From contig JAUCBJ010006971.1 in assembly GCA_032718475.1 (NCBI GenBank), forward strand, positions 1-41,186: 41,186 bases of DNA. Direction: 5' to 3'. This DNA is from Nemertoderma westbladi (taxonomy: Eukaryota > Animalia > Xenacoelomorpha). Below the pieces are notes generated by a model. It was given only the letters and a program-made list of their open reading frames with translations. It searched no databases and was not told the origin of the DNA. Numbering within the stretch: position 1 is the first letter of the stretch; every line of letters starts with the position of its first letter. The position numbers were made by a program, and so were the translations under genes. This document shows, piece after piece, positions 1 to 11,500 of this stretch.

Positions 1-857
1 TGTACTGCTTTTTAGTCGTACACTAGTAGGTTTAATTATAAAGGGCATATATCCTTTAACTGCAATTTAACATACCTGATGACTGCTGACTGATCATACA
101 TGCTGACTGCTGAAACATTGCAAACTCATAACAATCAGTGTTTTCATTGTTGTTTTATACTGCTATTTACCGTCAGTTCTTCATAATATGGTTGATGAAT
201 TATTATATTTGGAATAACGATAAACAACCCCGAAACCCAATGTTCTTGATATACCGAAGGTAAGAGAGAAGGGTTACAGATAAACGATTGTGACTTATGT
301 TAAAGTGGTTTGAAGTGAATCTAATGTTATTTGATAGACCCTACATGAGTCAGTCTGTGTTCCTTTTATATGTGACTAAAATCAGTGAAGATCGGCAGAT
401 TAGTGTGCAGTATTGTGCAGCATTGTGTATGAGTGAGTCTGTTAAAGAAGCATTCCTAAAGAATGCGCCATATATGTGAATTATAATTAAGCCATATCGT
501 TGTGAGTAGTTTAAGTCATAACTCTGTTTAGGTAGATAAAGCGCCACGTCCTAAAGGAACTGTTAATATTACCGAAGGTGAATAATATTGTCAGAAATTA
601 TATAATACTGTCAGTCGAATAATACATTAGGCTTACATAGCAATAAAAATTAAACCGTCGAACCCAATCTCCCGGGAATATCCAGCGGGTGAATGGTCGC
701 GCACGGATTGGTTTCGACTAGTGTAGTGAATCAAATACTTGTCATAGACTAAAAGCAGATTTAATATCTAGAAGACATCTTAATTTGGTGGGTTAAACTG
801 CCAAAGGTCTGAAAGCGCGAACATTTGGTCATTAATATATTCTTCAATGAAATGAAT

Positions 858-1137
858 ATTTCTAAAAATACTAGCTCGCAAAAAGATTTTTTATGGAATA
901 ATGCTAGTATTTTTTACTAGCTAGTAATTTTGGAAAATTATTTTGGTCATTAATATATTCTTCAACAGTTTAACCTGAAATATCATTGACTTTCACATTT
1001 TTTATAATTTCTAAAAATACTAGCTAGCAAAAAGATTTTTTATGGTATAATGCTAGTATTTTTTACTAGCTAGTAATTTTTGGAAATTATTTTGGTCATT
1101 AATATTCTTCAACAGTTTAACCTGAAATATCATGGAC
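858..1137. repeat. Tandem duplication, ~130-bp unit, period ~149 bp
   Basis: The block TTTCTAAAAATACTAGCT...TTTGGTCATTAATA...CAGTTTAACCTGAAATATCAT occurs at ~858-989 and ~1007-1137. Each copy has an internal inverted repeat AAAAATACTAGC/GCTAGTATTTTT. Confidence 0.85.
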
Positions 1138-1286
1138 AAAGTGCCCAATGATTTACGTTATAAAAACATAAATAAATTTGAGGGCACGTAATAACGAAAA
1201 AGTACCAAAAATATGTAGTGCTATGCGGAACTAGCCAACATAACGCAATATCAAATATTGGTTTATGTAGTTAAGCTGCTCTCAAG

Positions 1287-1319
1287 CATGGCCTACTATA
1301 TACTGTATAGTAGGCCATG
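1287..1319. mobile_element. Ultra-short palindromic (TIR-only) insertion with 7-bp TSD
   Basis: CATGGCCTACTATA-TA(CTGTA)TAGTAGGCCATG is flanked by TCTCAAG at 1280-1286 and 1320-1326. Confidence 0.7.
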
Positions 1320-1804
1320 TCTCAAGTACGTAATAAATATTCGAGATTCGACAGTTATCGCAGTAACTATGGAAGCAAAATAGTAAAATACTGGTAGTTC
1401 AATTTATTTTGTAACACTAGGCCTATATATCTTTCTATATCTTTCTATATCGGTCTATCTTTCTTTTATTATAATTAAGCAACAAAAATGTACCAATTTA
1501 AGAATAAAGTTACGTATTATATGGGGAAAAATGTATACTCTGGCTGTTCATTATTAACTTCGCTAGGGCTCGATAAATAAAAACATTGAGAATAGTGACG
1601 AAAAACCTTATATACTGTAAGTGTACAGTACTTTTTTCCCCAGTAAAAATAATTAGTATTTCCTTACATACTGTAGTTCCTTGGTCCCATGCAAAGACTG
1701 AATGGTTGAGACAACAACATCATCATTTTATCATCATTACCGGACTAAACGCCTCCGGCGGCTATAATTAAAATGGTAGGACTAATAGTAGTATATATAT
1801 GTGC

Positions 1805-2112
1805 ACCGTGTACAGCAGGTAAAAACTGGTCGAACAATCTAAAATCAAATCAAATATCATTAAACAGATTTAGTGAAAAGCATATAACATAAATTATATA
1901 TTGACAATTACAATTGACTAATGACATTGCCGTCACTTTTCGGTTACATAATAAATATATACCAAGTGAAACATAATAAAAGTATAGTATTTAGGTATTA
2001 AAATAATTTAGGCTTAGAATTATCGCCTTGAAATTGTACCGCCATACCAGCGCTACCGTGTACAGCAGGTAAAAACTGGTCGAGCAATCTAAAATCAAAA
2101 TAAAATATCATT
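1805..2112. repeat. Dispersed direct repeat, ~57 bp x2, 250 bp apart
   Basis: ACCGTGTACAGCAGGTAAAAACTGGTCGA(A/G)CAATCTAAAATCAAA..AAATATCATT at 1805-1861 and 2055-2112. Confidence 0.85.
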
Positions 2113-3079
2113 GGGCTCATTATGCTGGGTACAGGGTGCGCAACGATGCCTATGATAATATATATTAATTCATACAACAAACCAATCAAGGCAATTATGC
2201 ACCAAATTCAGTGACAAAAATTGTTACAGTATTACAAAGCCCAAACTGTGTGTGCAATTAGATGCAAACGCTTAACTGTCTAGAGTTTGAAAACTAATGG
2301 GGATATTTCAAACCCACTTCGGCTTGATTCAAATACTAATAAACCGGAATAAAATGTTGTTTCACCAAGTAGATCGAAATTATCCGCCGGATTTTGATAA
2401 TTAAAATAAAAATAAGAAAAATATGTAAGACGCCAGGCGTTAGTAGTATTGGCGTTGAACATGGATGAGTCTCTATGTTAGTAATTTTAGAGTAAAATTA
2501 CGATTGCCGCGATGTAACAAGTTTATAATAGTAATTACATATATTTTGACTGCCGGCAGAAAACAGCTCTTTATCCTTTCAGTTACAACCTGACTCTACT
2601 GTGATCAAAACGCGTAGAGTGTTCTTTACATAATCATACGCAGTAAAGTGTTACTTTACCAGGATGTTTATACACAGACGCAACAATCGAACTACTAGAA
2701 AAAATTAAAAAGATACGTCGCTGTTTATTATAAAAAATATCAATGAGTAGCTTAATAGCATGTTGCGTTATTGATGAATGTTTTAACAAGACTTGTGAAA
2801 AAAAAAAGAAAAAAAAGGGAACCGCGGCAGAGAGCGGAATATATGAGGTAAAGAATGATTCAATACTAAATAAGAAATATAATACGATAGAATAATAAAG
2901 AAGGAAAAAATATAAACATTAGATTAATACTATTGGAGGTAGGGTGTTACCTGCACTGGAACTATATACAGAAAATAGTATGGTTGTAGTTTGTATAGGA
3001 CAACATATGGAAATTGATAATTCGGTACTGGAAATTCGGTGGCCGGTGGAACTTCGAGACAGTTATAAAACCAAAACCA

Positions 3080-3423
3080 TCCCAAGACCGACCCGTCCAA
3101 CCTGGAACCAGTCCAGCGACCCCTAACCAAACCGCACGACCCAGGACCGATTCATCCACCCCGGATCCGTTCCGACCACTCCAGAGCCAGTCCGTCCATC
3201 TCGGAACCAATCCGACGAGCCCATAAACGGTCCAGCCAGCCCGGAACCAGTCCGTACGACCCAGAGCAGATCCGTCCAACCCGGATCCGATCTAACCAAC
3301 ACAAGGGCCGACCCGTCCAAAAACCGATGCCGATCCGACCAGCCTGGAAACCAAACCGGCGAGCCCCGCACTCGAGCCAGCCAGGCTGTAACCAGTCCGA
3401 CCAACCTGGAGCCTACCCAGTTA
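3080..3423 (-). repeat. Cryptic degenerate 20-bp tandem repeat (~17 units), probably in the LINE 3' UTR
   Basis: Minus-strand units include TGGACGGATCTGCTCTGGGT, CGTACGGACTGGTTCCGGGC, TGGACGGACTGGCTCTGGAG and TGGTCGGAACGGATCCGGGG. The consensus is approximately TGGACGGACTGGTTCCGGGT. Confidence 0.7.
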
Positions 3424-3493
3424 ACCGTGACAGATCTGGCCTCCCAGAGACAGTTCGACGAGCCCGATGAAACACGGCCCATAAATCATATAG

Positions 3494-5950
3494 TCAATCA
3501 GGTGTTGCAATGACCTTGTAGTACTCTAGGAGAGCATCATGTTTAGCGCTGTAAGGAAGGTCTTTTGCAGTTAGTATTGATCGAACATAAATATGGTCGA
3601 ATTGATCTCTGAGTGAGCCATCATCAACCGTTCCCCTGAAAAGTGCCCTGAGACTGTAATTATGGGTGGAGAGTCCAGTTAGGCTGGGTGTACCCATTCT
3701 CCAACCTGACACCCTGTATTCATCGTAGAGAGCCACCCGCTTGGACCCGCTTGGACCCGCTTAGTTGTAGGGCCAGGAGATGGCAAGCAAGGTTTGTAAC
3801 TTTAAAATTTCCACTGTTGAACATCCCATAGATCGATCTGCATTTGGACTGGCAGACCAGGGATTCTAGATCTTTGCTGACGAAGAGTTTGTGTAGTAAA
3901 ATGTTAGAGATGTAGTTCCCAACCCTGATCAGCGATCGCATAGCCTTACGCCTTGTGATATGTCTTTGATCATTGACGGGTCCATCATGTATGAGCCATA
4001 GGTGATCGATGGTGTGCAGATGGTGCGCCAGACCAAAGCGGTGACTTCTAGAGATGCTGTATCAGCGGAGAGTCCTCTGGAGTTGATCCGAGAGGTATTA
4101 GTCCATATCTTGCTTATGAAATGGTCTCTCACTACTTTATTGTTTGTCGGAAGGGGTAAACCTAGAAAGGTACAGTGTTTCTCTGATGTCAGCTTGTGAC
4201 CTTGATTGGTGACCATGGTATCACTTTTGTTATGAGTTCCACAGGCAACATAGTGCGATTTCTTGATATTCAGCAGTAGGGAATGTTCCTTGAAGTATGC
4301 TTCGCAGTGACTCAGGAGGGACTTCAGGTCCGATTGTAAATTTGCTAGCAATAGAAAGTCATCAGCATAGCTCAATGCTGCATATGATTCGGCCCCAATG
4401 TGAACCCCTAGATTTGACTTTTCAATGGATTTAAAAAGGTCAGCTAGGTAGAAATTGAATAATAAGGGAGATAAGACTCCACCTTGCCTGACACCACAAT
4501 TAAGCTTTATTTGGTCTTTGATCAGTTGGCCATTGACTTTTAATACAGCAGTTGATTTTGAATAAAAGGAGTTTAATGCCAGTACCCTTGAAATCCCAAT
4601 GTTTGATTTGGAGAGTTTCTCGAATAATTTGCAGTAGTCCACGGTGTCGAAATCGGAGGACAGATCTAGGGAAAGCCAGAGCCGCCAGAGTTGAAACGTT
4701 TTACTAAATTATCTGCCATAAGGTGAGGTATCTCTGTGTTGAGTTTGGGTTTGTAGGCAAATTGCAGGTCACTAGTCTCAAGTTTGTCTGTAAAGTCTCC
4801 TAGGACAATGATTTCCCATAATTTGGTGAGAGTGTGTATGATGGAGATACCTCTGTAGCTTCCACATAGTTGTTTATCTCTTGTTTCATTTTTTAGTAAA
4901 GGAAGCAGTATACTGGTACACATCTTTTCTGGGAAGTCAGTTGTTGTTAGAATGGTATTGAAAATATACGCGATGCATTCACATAATTCATCGGAGAGAC
5001 TGTGTATTAGGTGTTCAGCTTTGAGATTGTCAATGTCTCCAGTTTTACCCTTGTTCATTGACTTTATGCCCTGCTTTACTGAAGATATGTCAATAACTGT
5101 TGGCTTAGCAGACTGGGCTTGTTGTAATTGTAGATCAGAAGGATTCCATAGCTGTCCATGTTCAAAGAAAGTTTTGTAATGCGAGTGCAAGCTCTTGGCA
5201 TTAACTTCTGTAATGGGCTGAGAAGATATGCCTTTGGATTGTAGGAGTTTCCAGAATTTGTTGTGGTTGGATGTACAAGAGGAGGCTATTTAACGAAAAT
5301 GCTCTAAGTATGCATGATTTTCCATGATTGCACGTTGCCTGTTGAATTGTAATTTTGCAATGGTTGCATTTCTGATGTCATGTGAGTTGGATAAATTATT
5401 GTGCATTTCTTGAGATTGATGCTTACTGATCTGTAGCAGGTCCCATGAGTTTGCCCTTGTCTGTGTCCCTAAATGGCGTTTCCATAGCCAATTTTTCCGT
5501 TTGCGTGGGGTGATGGTAGGTATCGTTTCTTTTGCTGCTTGCACTAATATATTTGTGACCCTTGTGAGCAGATTGACAGCGTCTGATGGGTTGGTAGAGT
5601 TTGTCTCAGGTTGATGAAGTGGCTCTAACATTTGTTGGACTTTATCATGATACGCCTTCATTTGATTGGGAGATGCATCAGTGAAAAGTGATATGGGGTT
5701 CATGTGCCTCCTTCTGGGTAATGGAGGAACATTGTCCTTTGGTTTTGGTAAGCTGAAGCTAGCTAGTATTGGGCAGTGATCAGATGTGTTATCAGGGGTA
5801 TCATAAAAAGCGGTGCTCTCCGTTTGATTTCCCTTCAGAGTATCTGAGATAATTATGGTACCATGGAAAGAACGTGGTACAACAATGGAAAGTGTCAACA
5901 AACACCCACCCAGCTGAATTTAGATGGGGCCAGCTTCGAAGAGATATTCC
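3494..5950 (-). mobile_element. 5'-truncated, frameshifted non-LTR retrotransposon (LINE) ORF2: APE C-terminus plus reverse transcriptase
   Basis: Endonuclease motif SDHCPI is present. RT motifs are YRGISIIHTLTKLWE, QFAYK, LDLSSDFDTV (across a frameshift at ~4666), GVRQGGVLSPLLFNFY, YADD, LNIKKS and FLG. The sequence is split over ORFs 5290-5901, 4666-5190, 3929-4642, 3720-3941 and 3494-3736. The clade cannot be determined by eye. Confidence 0.93.
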
Positions 5951-6573
5951 GTTTAAAGACTAAGTCGATCTGATTAAAAAGTACTACCGGTACTGGTACA
6001 GTATCACTACCTATAGACTGTAATTCCGGTACTAACAATTATACAGCATTATATATTTTAATGATTAGCAACATTATTAAACTTGTTATTGTAAAACATT
6101 TTATTGTAAAACATTTAAACTGTAGTAATTTTGTAGGGCTGGTTTGGAGGAACAAAAAAAACAAAGAAAAACATTAAATTGTATTTTCGTGTAAAATAAA
6201 TTGTACCTAAGGTGTAGTAATGCTCGTGTTTCATATGGAAGAAGCTTCGATGGACAATATTTAAGCTGAAATAGGCCCAGATAAAAGTGAGAGAAGACTT
6301 ACAACGATAAAACGACGGAAGTGGTGGCAAAAAGTAACATATTTTGTCTTGCTTTCTTATCATATCGTTCGACAAAAAAAGTCTACTTTTTTTGCCACCA
6401 CTTATATCGTTACTGTATATCATCACTCCTTTTACATTATTTTACTTCTTTCCGTCTTTGGAATGCAACCTCGATATCATTTGAACCCCCTTCATCTGCA
6501 GATTCCGAATCTACAAACTGTTTTAAATAATATTATCAAAATACTAAGGTATTTTAAGAACACGTAAATCGAT

Positions 6574-7097
6574 ACACGAAGTGGGGACTTCGCGCAGCAC
6601 GAAGTTGGCAGAGCCTTAGCGAATTGACACTGTTAGGGGGTAGGTCAATTTATGCAAATAGTCACGTTGGCCCTCTAGCGGCAGACTGGAGAACTGCAGA
6701 TGGATTCGCCTCCTTTGAAAGTCACAGCTAATGGTCTAATACATATCTGCCAAGTTTCAGCTTAAACGGATTAAAAGCAAAGAAATGGGAGGGCATTTAA
6801 TGTTTAGACATGTGGCCCTCTAGCGGGAGACCATTGCACTGATGGTGTCTGAAAGTCTCTCAAAAATCTCAACTTTTGCTCATATTGATACCTACAAATT
6901 TTCAACTTGGCAGCTTTAAATCCGACAAAGTTATTAGCATGTCAAAATCGTAACGACGACGACGACGACAACGACGACGACGACGACAACGACGACGACG
7001 ACGACAACGACGACGACGACAACTATTTGCATAAATTGACCCACCCCCTAACAGTGTCAATTCGCTAAGGCTCCGCCAACTTCGTGGCTCGCCCCAC
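6574..7097 (-). mobile_element. Non-autonomous modular element, Helentron-associated (HINE/pearl-like) or MITE
   Basis: There are 65-bp subterminal inverted repeats (6598-6662 and 7022-7086) and a terminal hairpin CGAAGT-GGGG-ACTTCG (6577-6592). Two ~145-bp core repeats (GGCCCTCTAGCGG at 6669 and 6814) and an ACG microsatellite lie inside. No TSD is visible. Confidence 0.75.
6953..7023. repeat. (ACG)n microsatellite with ACA interruptions every 18 bp
   Basis: ACGACGACGACGACGACA is repeated ~4 times. Confidence 0.95.
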
Positions 7098-7538
7098 AAT
7101 TCTAATGTTTTGTCTTTATTCTAGAATATTAATAATTTTTTAGTTGAGCTTTTAAAACTCTCCATCTTGTTTCTTCATTACGCATAATTAATATTCTAGA
7201 ATTGAGTAAGCAACATTAGAATTATATCAATTTACGTCTCAAAAAGTATAGGCCTATCTTTGAATTTATTAATCTACTATAATTAAATTAATTAATTTAA
7301 TGATTTTTTTTATTAATGAATAATTATAAGTCATTATAATAGTTAGAACCCAAACCGAATGAACCTGTTTACAGAACCGTTTTCAATATTTTGTTAAAAC
7401 AAATACTGTACCTTTGAATTTTGATAATATCTACGTGTGATGCAAACTAACATAAACGAGATGTCATTGAAAACATTAGATAAAATTGACAGTAAGTAAC
7501 TGTTAAAAAATTGTAGAAAATGGTGATATAATGTATTA

Positions 7539-7562
7539 GTAATATAAAAGGTAATATAAAAG
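7539..7562 (+). promoter_or_regulatory. Duplicated TATA-box-like motif upstream of the Cys/Pro-rich ORF
   Basis: GTAATATAAAAG occurs twice in tandem, 70-90 bp upstream of ATG 7632. The context is AT-rich, so the evidence is weak. Confidence 0.35.
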
Positions 7563-7631
7563 AGACCTGGGAGATATTCGATTTATAGTTATAGTAGTGG
7601 AACTGACTACGTGGCCCCTCTCAAGTTTATT

Positions 7632-8390
7632 ATGGAATGTCGAAGCACGCCTCGCCGAATCGAAATATCAAACATCAATTCAACAACCGGACAGGATTGC
7701 AACATAACCGGACAGGATTGCAACACAACCGGACATGATTGCAACACAACCGGACAGGATTGCAACACAACCGGACAGGATTGCAACATAACCGGACAGG
7801 ATTGCAACAGACTCAAGGGTAACAATATCAACTACGATTGCGAAGTGGGCGACTTTTCCTTAAAAGTTAGAAATAGTAACCCTTGCATTTGCCAGGGTCA
7901 CCCAGGATGTATCGGCGCGTGCCATTATAACAGATCATCACCATGCGGGTGTTCCAGGTTACGTAGATGTTCTATCAATGAACAGCGAACTTCTACAGAA
8001 GCCAATCCGCACTTACACCAAACCATATGCAATTGCACTGACTCGCTACCTCATAATATTGTCTACCAGTTACCGTCCAACCATCCGTCGCCTACGTATG
8101 TGCCGGTACCGGTACCGGCACCGTGTTACGGAAATTACCGGCCCTGCGGTTGTCCACCAGCCACGGAAGCACCAGAAACTCCGGAACCGGTTGGTCCTTC
8201 GGAGGTTGTCACCGTTGTCAACCAGAATTCCGACCCACCAGAGACCCCGCCACCACCGGTTAGCGACACCGATCGGTTGGCCTGGTTACATATTGGGAGG
8301 GTAACCGCACCACAACCCAACTCGTCGCCACAAGAGTCAAAGGCTCCCATTATCATCAATTCCCCACCACAACCACAGAGGGACGGATAA
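7632..8390 (+). CDS. Hypothetical Cys/Pro-rich protein (252 aa) with six TGQDCN(I/T) repeats
   Basis: The ORF coincides with a GC-richer island in AT-rich DNA. The first ATG is at 7632, TATA-like motifs lie upstream, and AATAAA overlaps the stop. No family is recognisable, and it may be one exon of a larger gene. Confidence 0.6.
   Translation: MECRSTPRRIEISNINSTTGQDCNITGQDCNTTGHDCNTTGQDCNTTGQDCNITGQDCNRLKGNNINYDCEVGDFSLKVRNSNPCICQGHPGCIGACHYNRSSPCGCSRLRRCSINEQRTSTEANPHLHQTICNCTDSLPHNIVYQLPSNHPSPTYVPVPVPAPCYGNYRPCGCPPATEAPETPEPVGPSEVVTVVNQNSDPPETPPPPVSDTDRLAWLHIGRVTAPQPNSSPQESKAPIIINSPPQPQRDG
7681..7808 (+). repeat. 21-bp coding minisatellite x6
   Basis: The unit is AACCGGACAGGATTGCAACA(C/T). 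Confidence 0.95.
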
Positions 8391-10129
8391 ATAAAAACTG
8401 ATATTTTTTATACTTTTAGTCTAATAGTCTTTATACTTTTAAAACCTATTTAAATGGTAGCAAAAAATGCTACTTTTTTTCCACCCCACTTATGTCGTTC
8501 TACTGTAATTTGTTGAAAGCCACTTTCGCAAAAAAACATAAACATCGTCCATCAAAGGTTTTTTCCTTTGATTTTTCCTTTTGACTTTTCCATTGTGAAA
8601 TACCTATACCGAAAGCGAAATAGTAAAATAGGCAATGTAGACCCTATTAGGATATTATAATATTCTAGAATATTAAATAATCTGTGGATAGCATCAGCGC
8701 TATATATTTAAATACAATAGTATTATTAATGTCATGGAGATTACTTTATAAATTTAATTCGAACATTACTTTTTTTGTTGACAAAAAGTGTCCGTTAGTT
8801 GTCAAACTTGTTAACGAATTTGACTAAAAATGTGACTTATACAACAAATATATAAATATTTTTTGTAAATTTGAAGTTCTCTAGCATATGAATACGAAGT
8901 AGACCTACTGGTAGTATTTGCAGATAATGGGGTCACGACTTTGCGCCACAATTTTTGAACTTTTATGTATCTGTACCTAATTTTGATACAAAATTTTGAT
9001 ACATGCAGATGTTTTTTTGAAAGTTTTTACAGCAGATTGTAAAAACTAAAAACAAAGTCGTGATTTTTACGATGTTCACTCCACAGCATGTTGGAGTTAG
9101 TTTATTGGCATACTCTATCTCAACTAATAATGAAGATGTCATAACGGTTAATAACCTTTCAGAAAGCTGAATAATTAATCTAATTAATCTATGTTCAAGT
9201 AATAGTGAGTATATATGCCAAAAATATTACCATTTTTGTCCACGTTTAACATCTAAATGTGAAAATTGTTGTGCATGTGTTTTGTGATTTTATAAGTATA
9301 TATTTAATCCAGAAAGGGCATTTTTGAGATTTCAACTTAAACAGACGTTATAGATCATTGTCTGCACTTAGAACCCTGTCTTCCCTCTCCGTAGTGTTAA
9401 ACGGAATATTAGTAGCACATTGGGCATTGGCGTGAATTAAGTCTGAGCAATTTCATTATCATCACCGTTTTCAATAATTCATTATTCATAATTCATCATA
9501 ATTAATTTATTCCCTAAAAAACTTATTGTTTCAATAACAAAAGTGACCAACATTTATCATCAGCAGTTTGTTGTTTCGTAATTGATAAAAAACCACATCC
9601 ATAACCATGCATATATTGTTCCGATCCCCGTATCTCGGCCCTTATATTCCAAAACCGTGTATCTCAATTTTTGGCATTTTGAGAAAATGGCCAAAAACCA
9701 TTCCGGTTTTTTATGGTTATTCATTTTAAATTCTTACTGGGATTAATTCGGGAAATTTCCATATTAATATTCTATATAGGGTAAACGCATGTGCCGAATC
9801 CACCTGAGGCAAAATTAAGGCGTGAAAATAAAGGGAAATATGTTAAAAACACCATAGTACACCGATAGTACACCATATCAGGTATTGGTCAATATACTTG
9901 CGCCGCAAACATGTAACTTTTTTGTTTCAAAATCACCTAACTCATTTTTTATTCTTCAAAACCAGCTATCTTTTATATTTTATTTTTTAACAAAACCGTT
10001 TATCTCTATGTTTAAATATAAACTTTTATATTATAAATTAATAATTACCATTAATTGAAAACCATTAACTAATAAACTACAATTTGTGGTAAGGGAATAA
10101 AATAAAATGAACAGTCAGTTTAATGTAAC

Positions 10130-10775
10130 GATCAGTTTAATACAATTTATAGTTTAATACATAGATCGGTTTTATACAAATATGAGTTTAATATATACTG
10201 TAGATCAGTTATATACAAATATGAGTTTAATACATAGATCGGTTTTATACAAATATGAGTTTAATATATACTGTAGATCGGTTTTATACAAATATGAGTT
10301 TAATACAGTACATAGATCGGTTTTATTCAAATATGAGTTTAATATACAGTATACTGTAGATCAGTTATATACAAATATGAGTTTAATACATAGATCGGTT
10401 TTATACTAATATGAGGTTAATACATAGATCAGTTTTATACAAATATGAGTTAAATATATACTGTAGATCAGTTATATACAAATATGAGTTTAATACATAG
10501 ATCGGTTTATACAAATATGAGTTTAATACAGTACATAGATCGGTTTTATACAAATTTGAGTTTAATATATAGAGCAGTTTTATACAAATATGAGTTTAAT
10601 ACATAGATAAGATTTAATGATCAGTTTTCACAATTATGATGAGTTTATAGCGATCAGTTTAATACAATTTATGGTTAATTAAACAGTTCAGTTTAAACAA
10701 ATATGAGTTTAATACATTGGTCCGTTTTATAAAATAATGAGTTTAATAAATCGATCAGTTTTATTCAATACAGAT
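10130..10775. repeat. AT-rich ~34-bp minisatellite inside the Sola1 element
   Basis: The unit is ATAGATCGGTTTTATACAAATATGAGTTTAATAC. Longer variants carry CTGTA/CAGTA inserts, and the array decays at both edges. Confidence 0.9.
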
Positions 10776-11500
10776 CTACCCATTAACTAAAGAGTGATCG
10801 TAGCCACTATTAAGGTCCGTTTGTGATTGTTTCGATGTCATCGATAACCAGAAAGACGATCTGTTTCCTGGCATGAGATTAACAAGTTTCTTCGGGATAA
10901 TCTCCTTCTTTGCTGTGTTAATTCCCCGTACACCTTCTTTCTTCTGTGGAATTTCTGGGTGATACCTCTCTTGAAGGAATTCTACAGACTTCTCTGCTTC
11001 TTTGAAGTGTTTTATACACCATCTTGCGACACCCTTTGTTAAATCGCACCTGGTCTACCTCTGTAATATAGGGAAGCGCCTCTTTCAGCTTCTTAGAATA
11101 TGTTAGTTTCTTCAACCACTTGTGGAATTCCGGGGATAATACAACCAAATCTTTTCTACTGTTGGCCATAACCATAGTGACGTCTTTCAAATCATACATT
11201 GCTGGTTGTCTTTTTATACTCCTCTCTATATTTCCATGAACCGAATCGGCTAACATGTGCGTATGTCCCTTGGTGAGGTACTTCAATGAGATTGACTGTG
11301 GCCCACCTGTGGCATTGACAATCGCTACACATGCGCCAAAGAGCAACCAGTTTTCATTTTGACCCGTACAATTATCCAGCCAAAATATAAACTCTTTGGA
11401 ATCCCGCTCTTCTCTGATGATCCTTAACATACAATCGACCAATGAGTCAGCATCCCGACCTTGCTGCCCCTCATGCCACACCACACAATAGTCATTCATC
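10776..11500 (-). pseudogene. Sola1-like DDD transposase, C-terminal half, frameshifted
   Basis: The remnant reads YCVVWHEGQQGR, WLDNCTGQNEN and YLTKGHTHMLADSVHGNIE. After a frameshift near 11010 it continues ...GVRGINTAKKEIIPKKLVNLMPGNRSSFWLSM... to a stop at 10776. The N-terminal half is missing. Confidence 0.85.

Noticed and set aside
657-722. Helitron 3' end (13-bp inverted repeat followed by CTAGT)
   Set aside because: The spacing is atypical, and no matching 5' end or second copy is in the window.
1998-2462. Short ORFs or a degraded gene
   Set aside because: No recognisable motifs were found, and the frames examined contain multiple stops.
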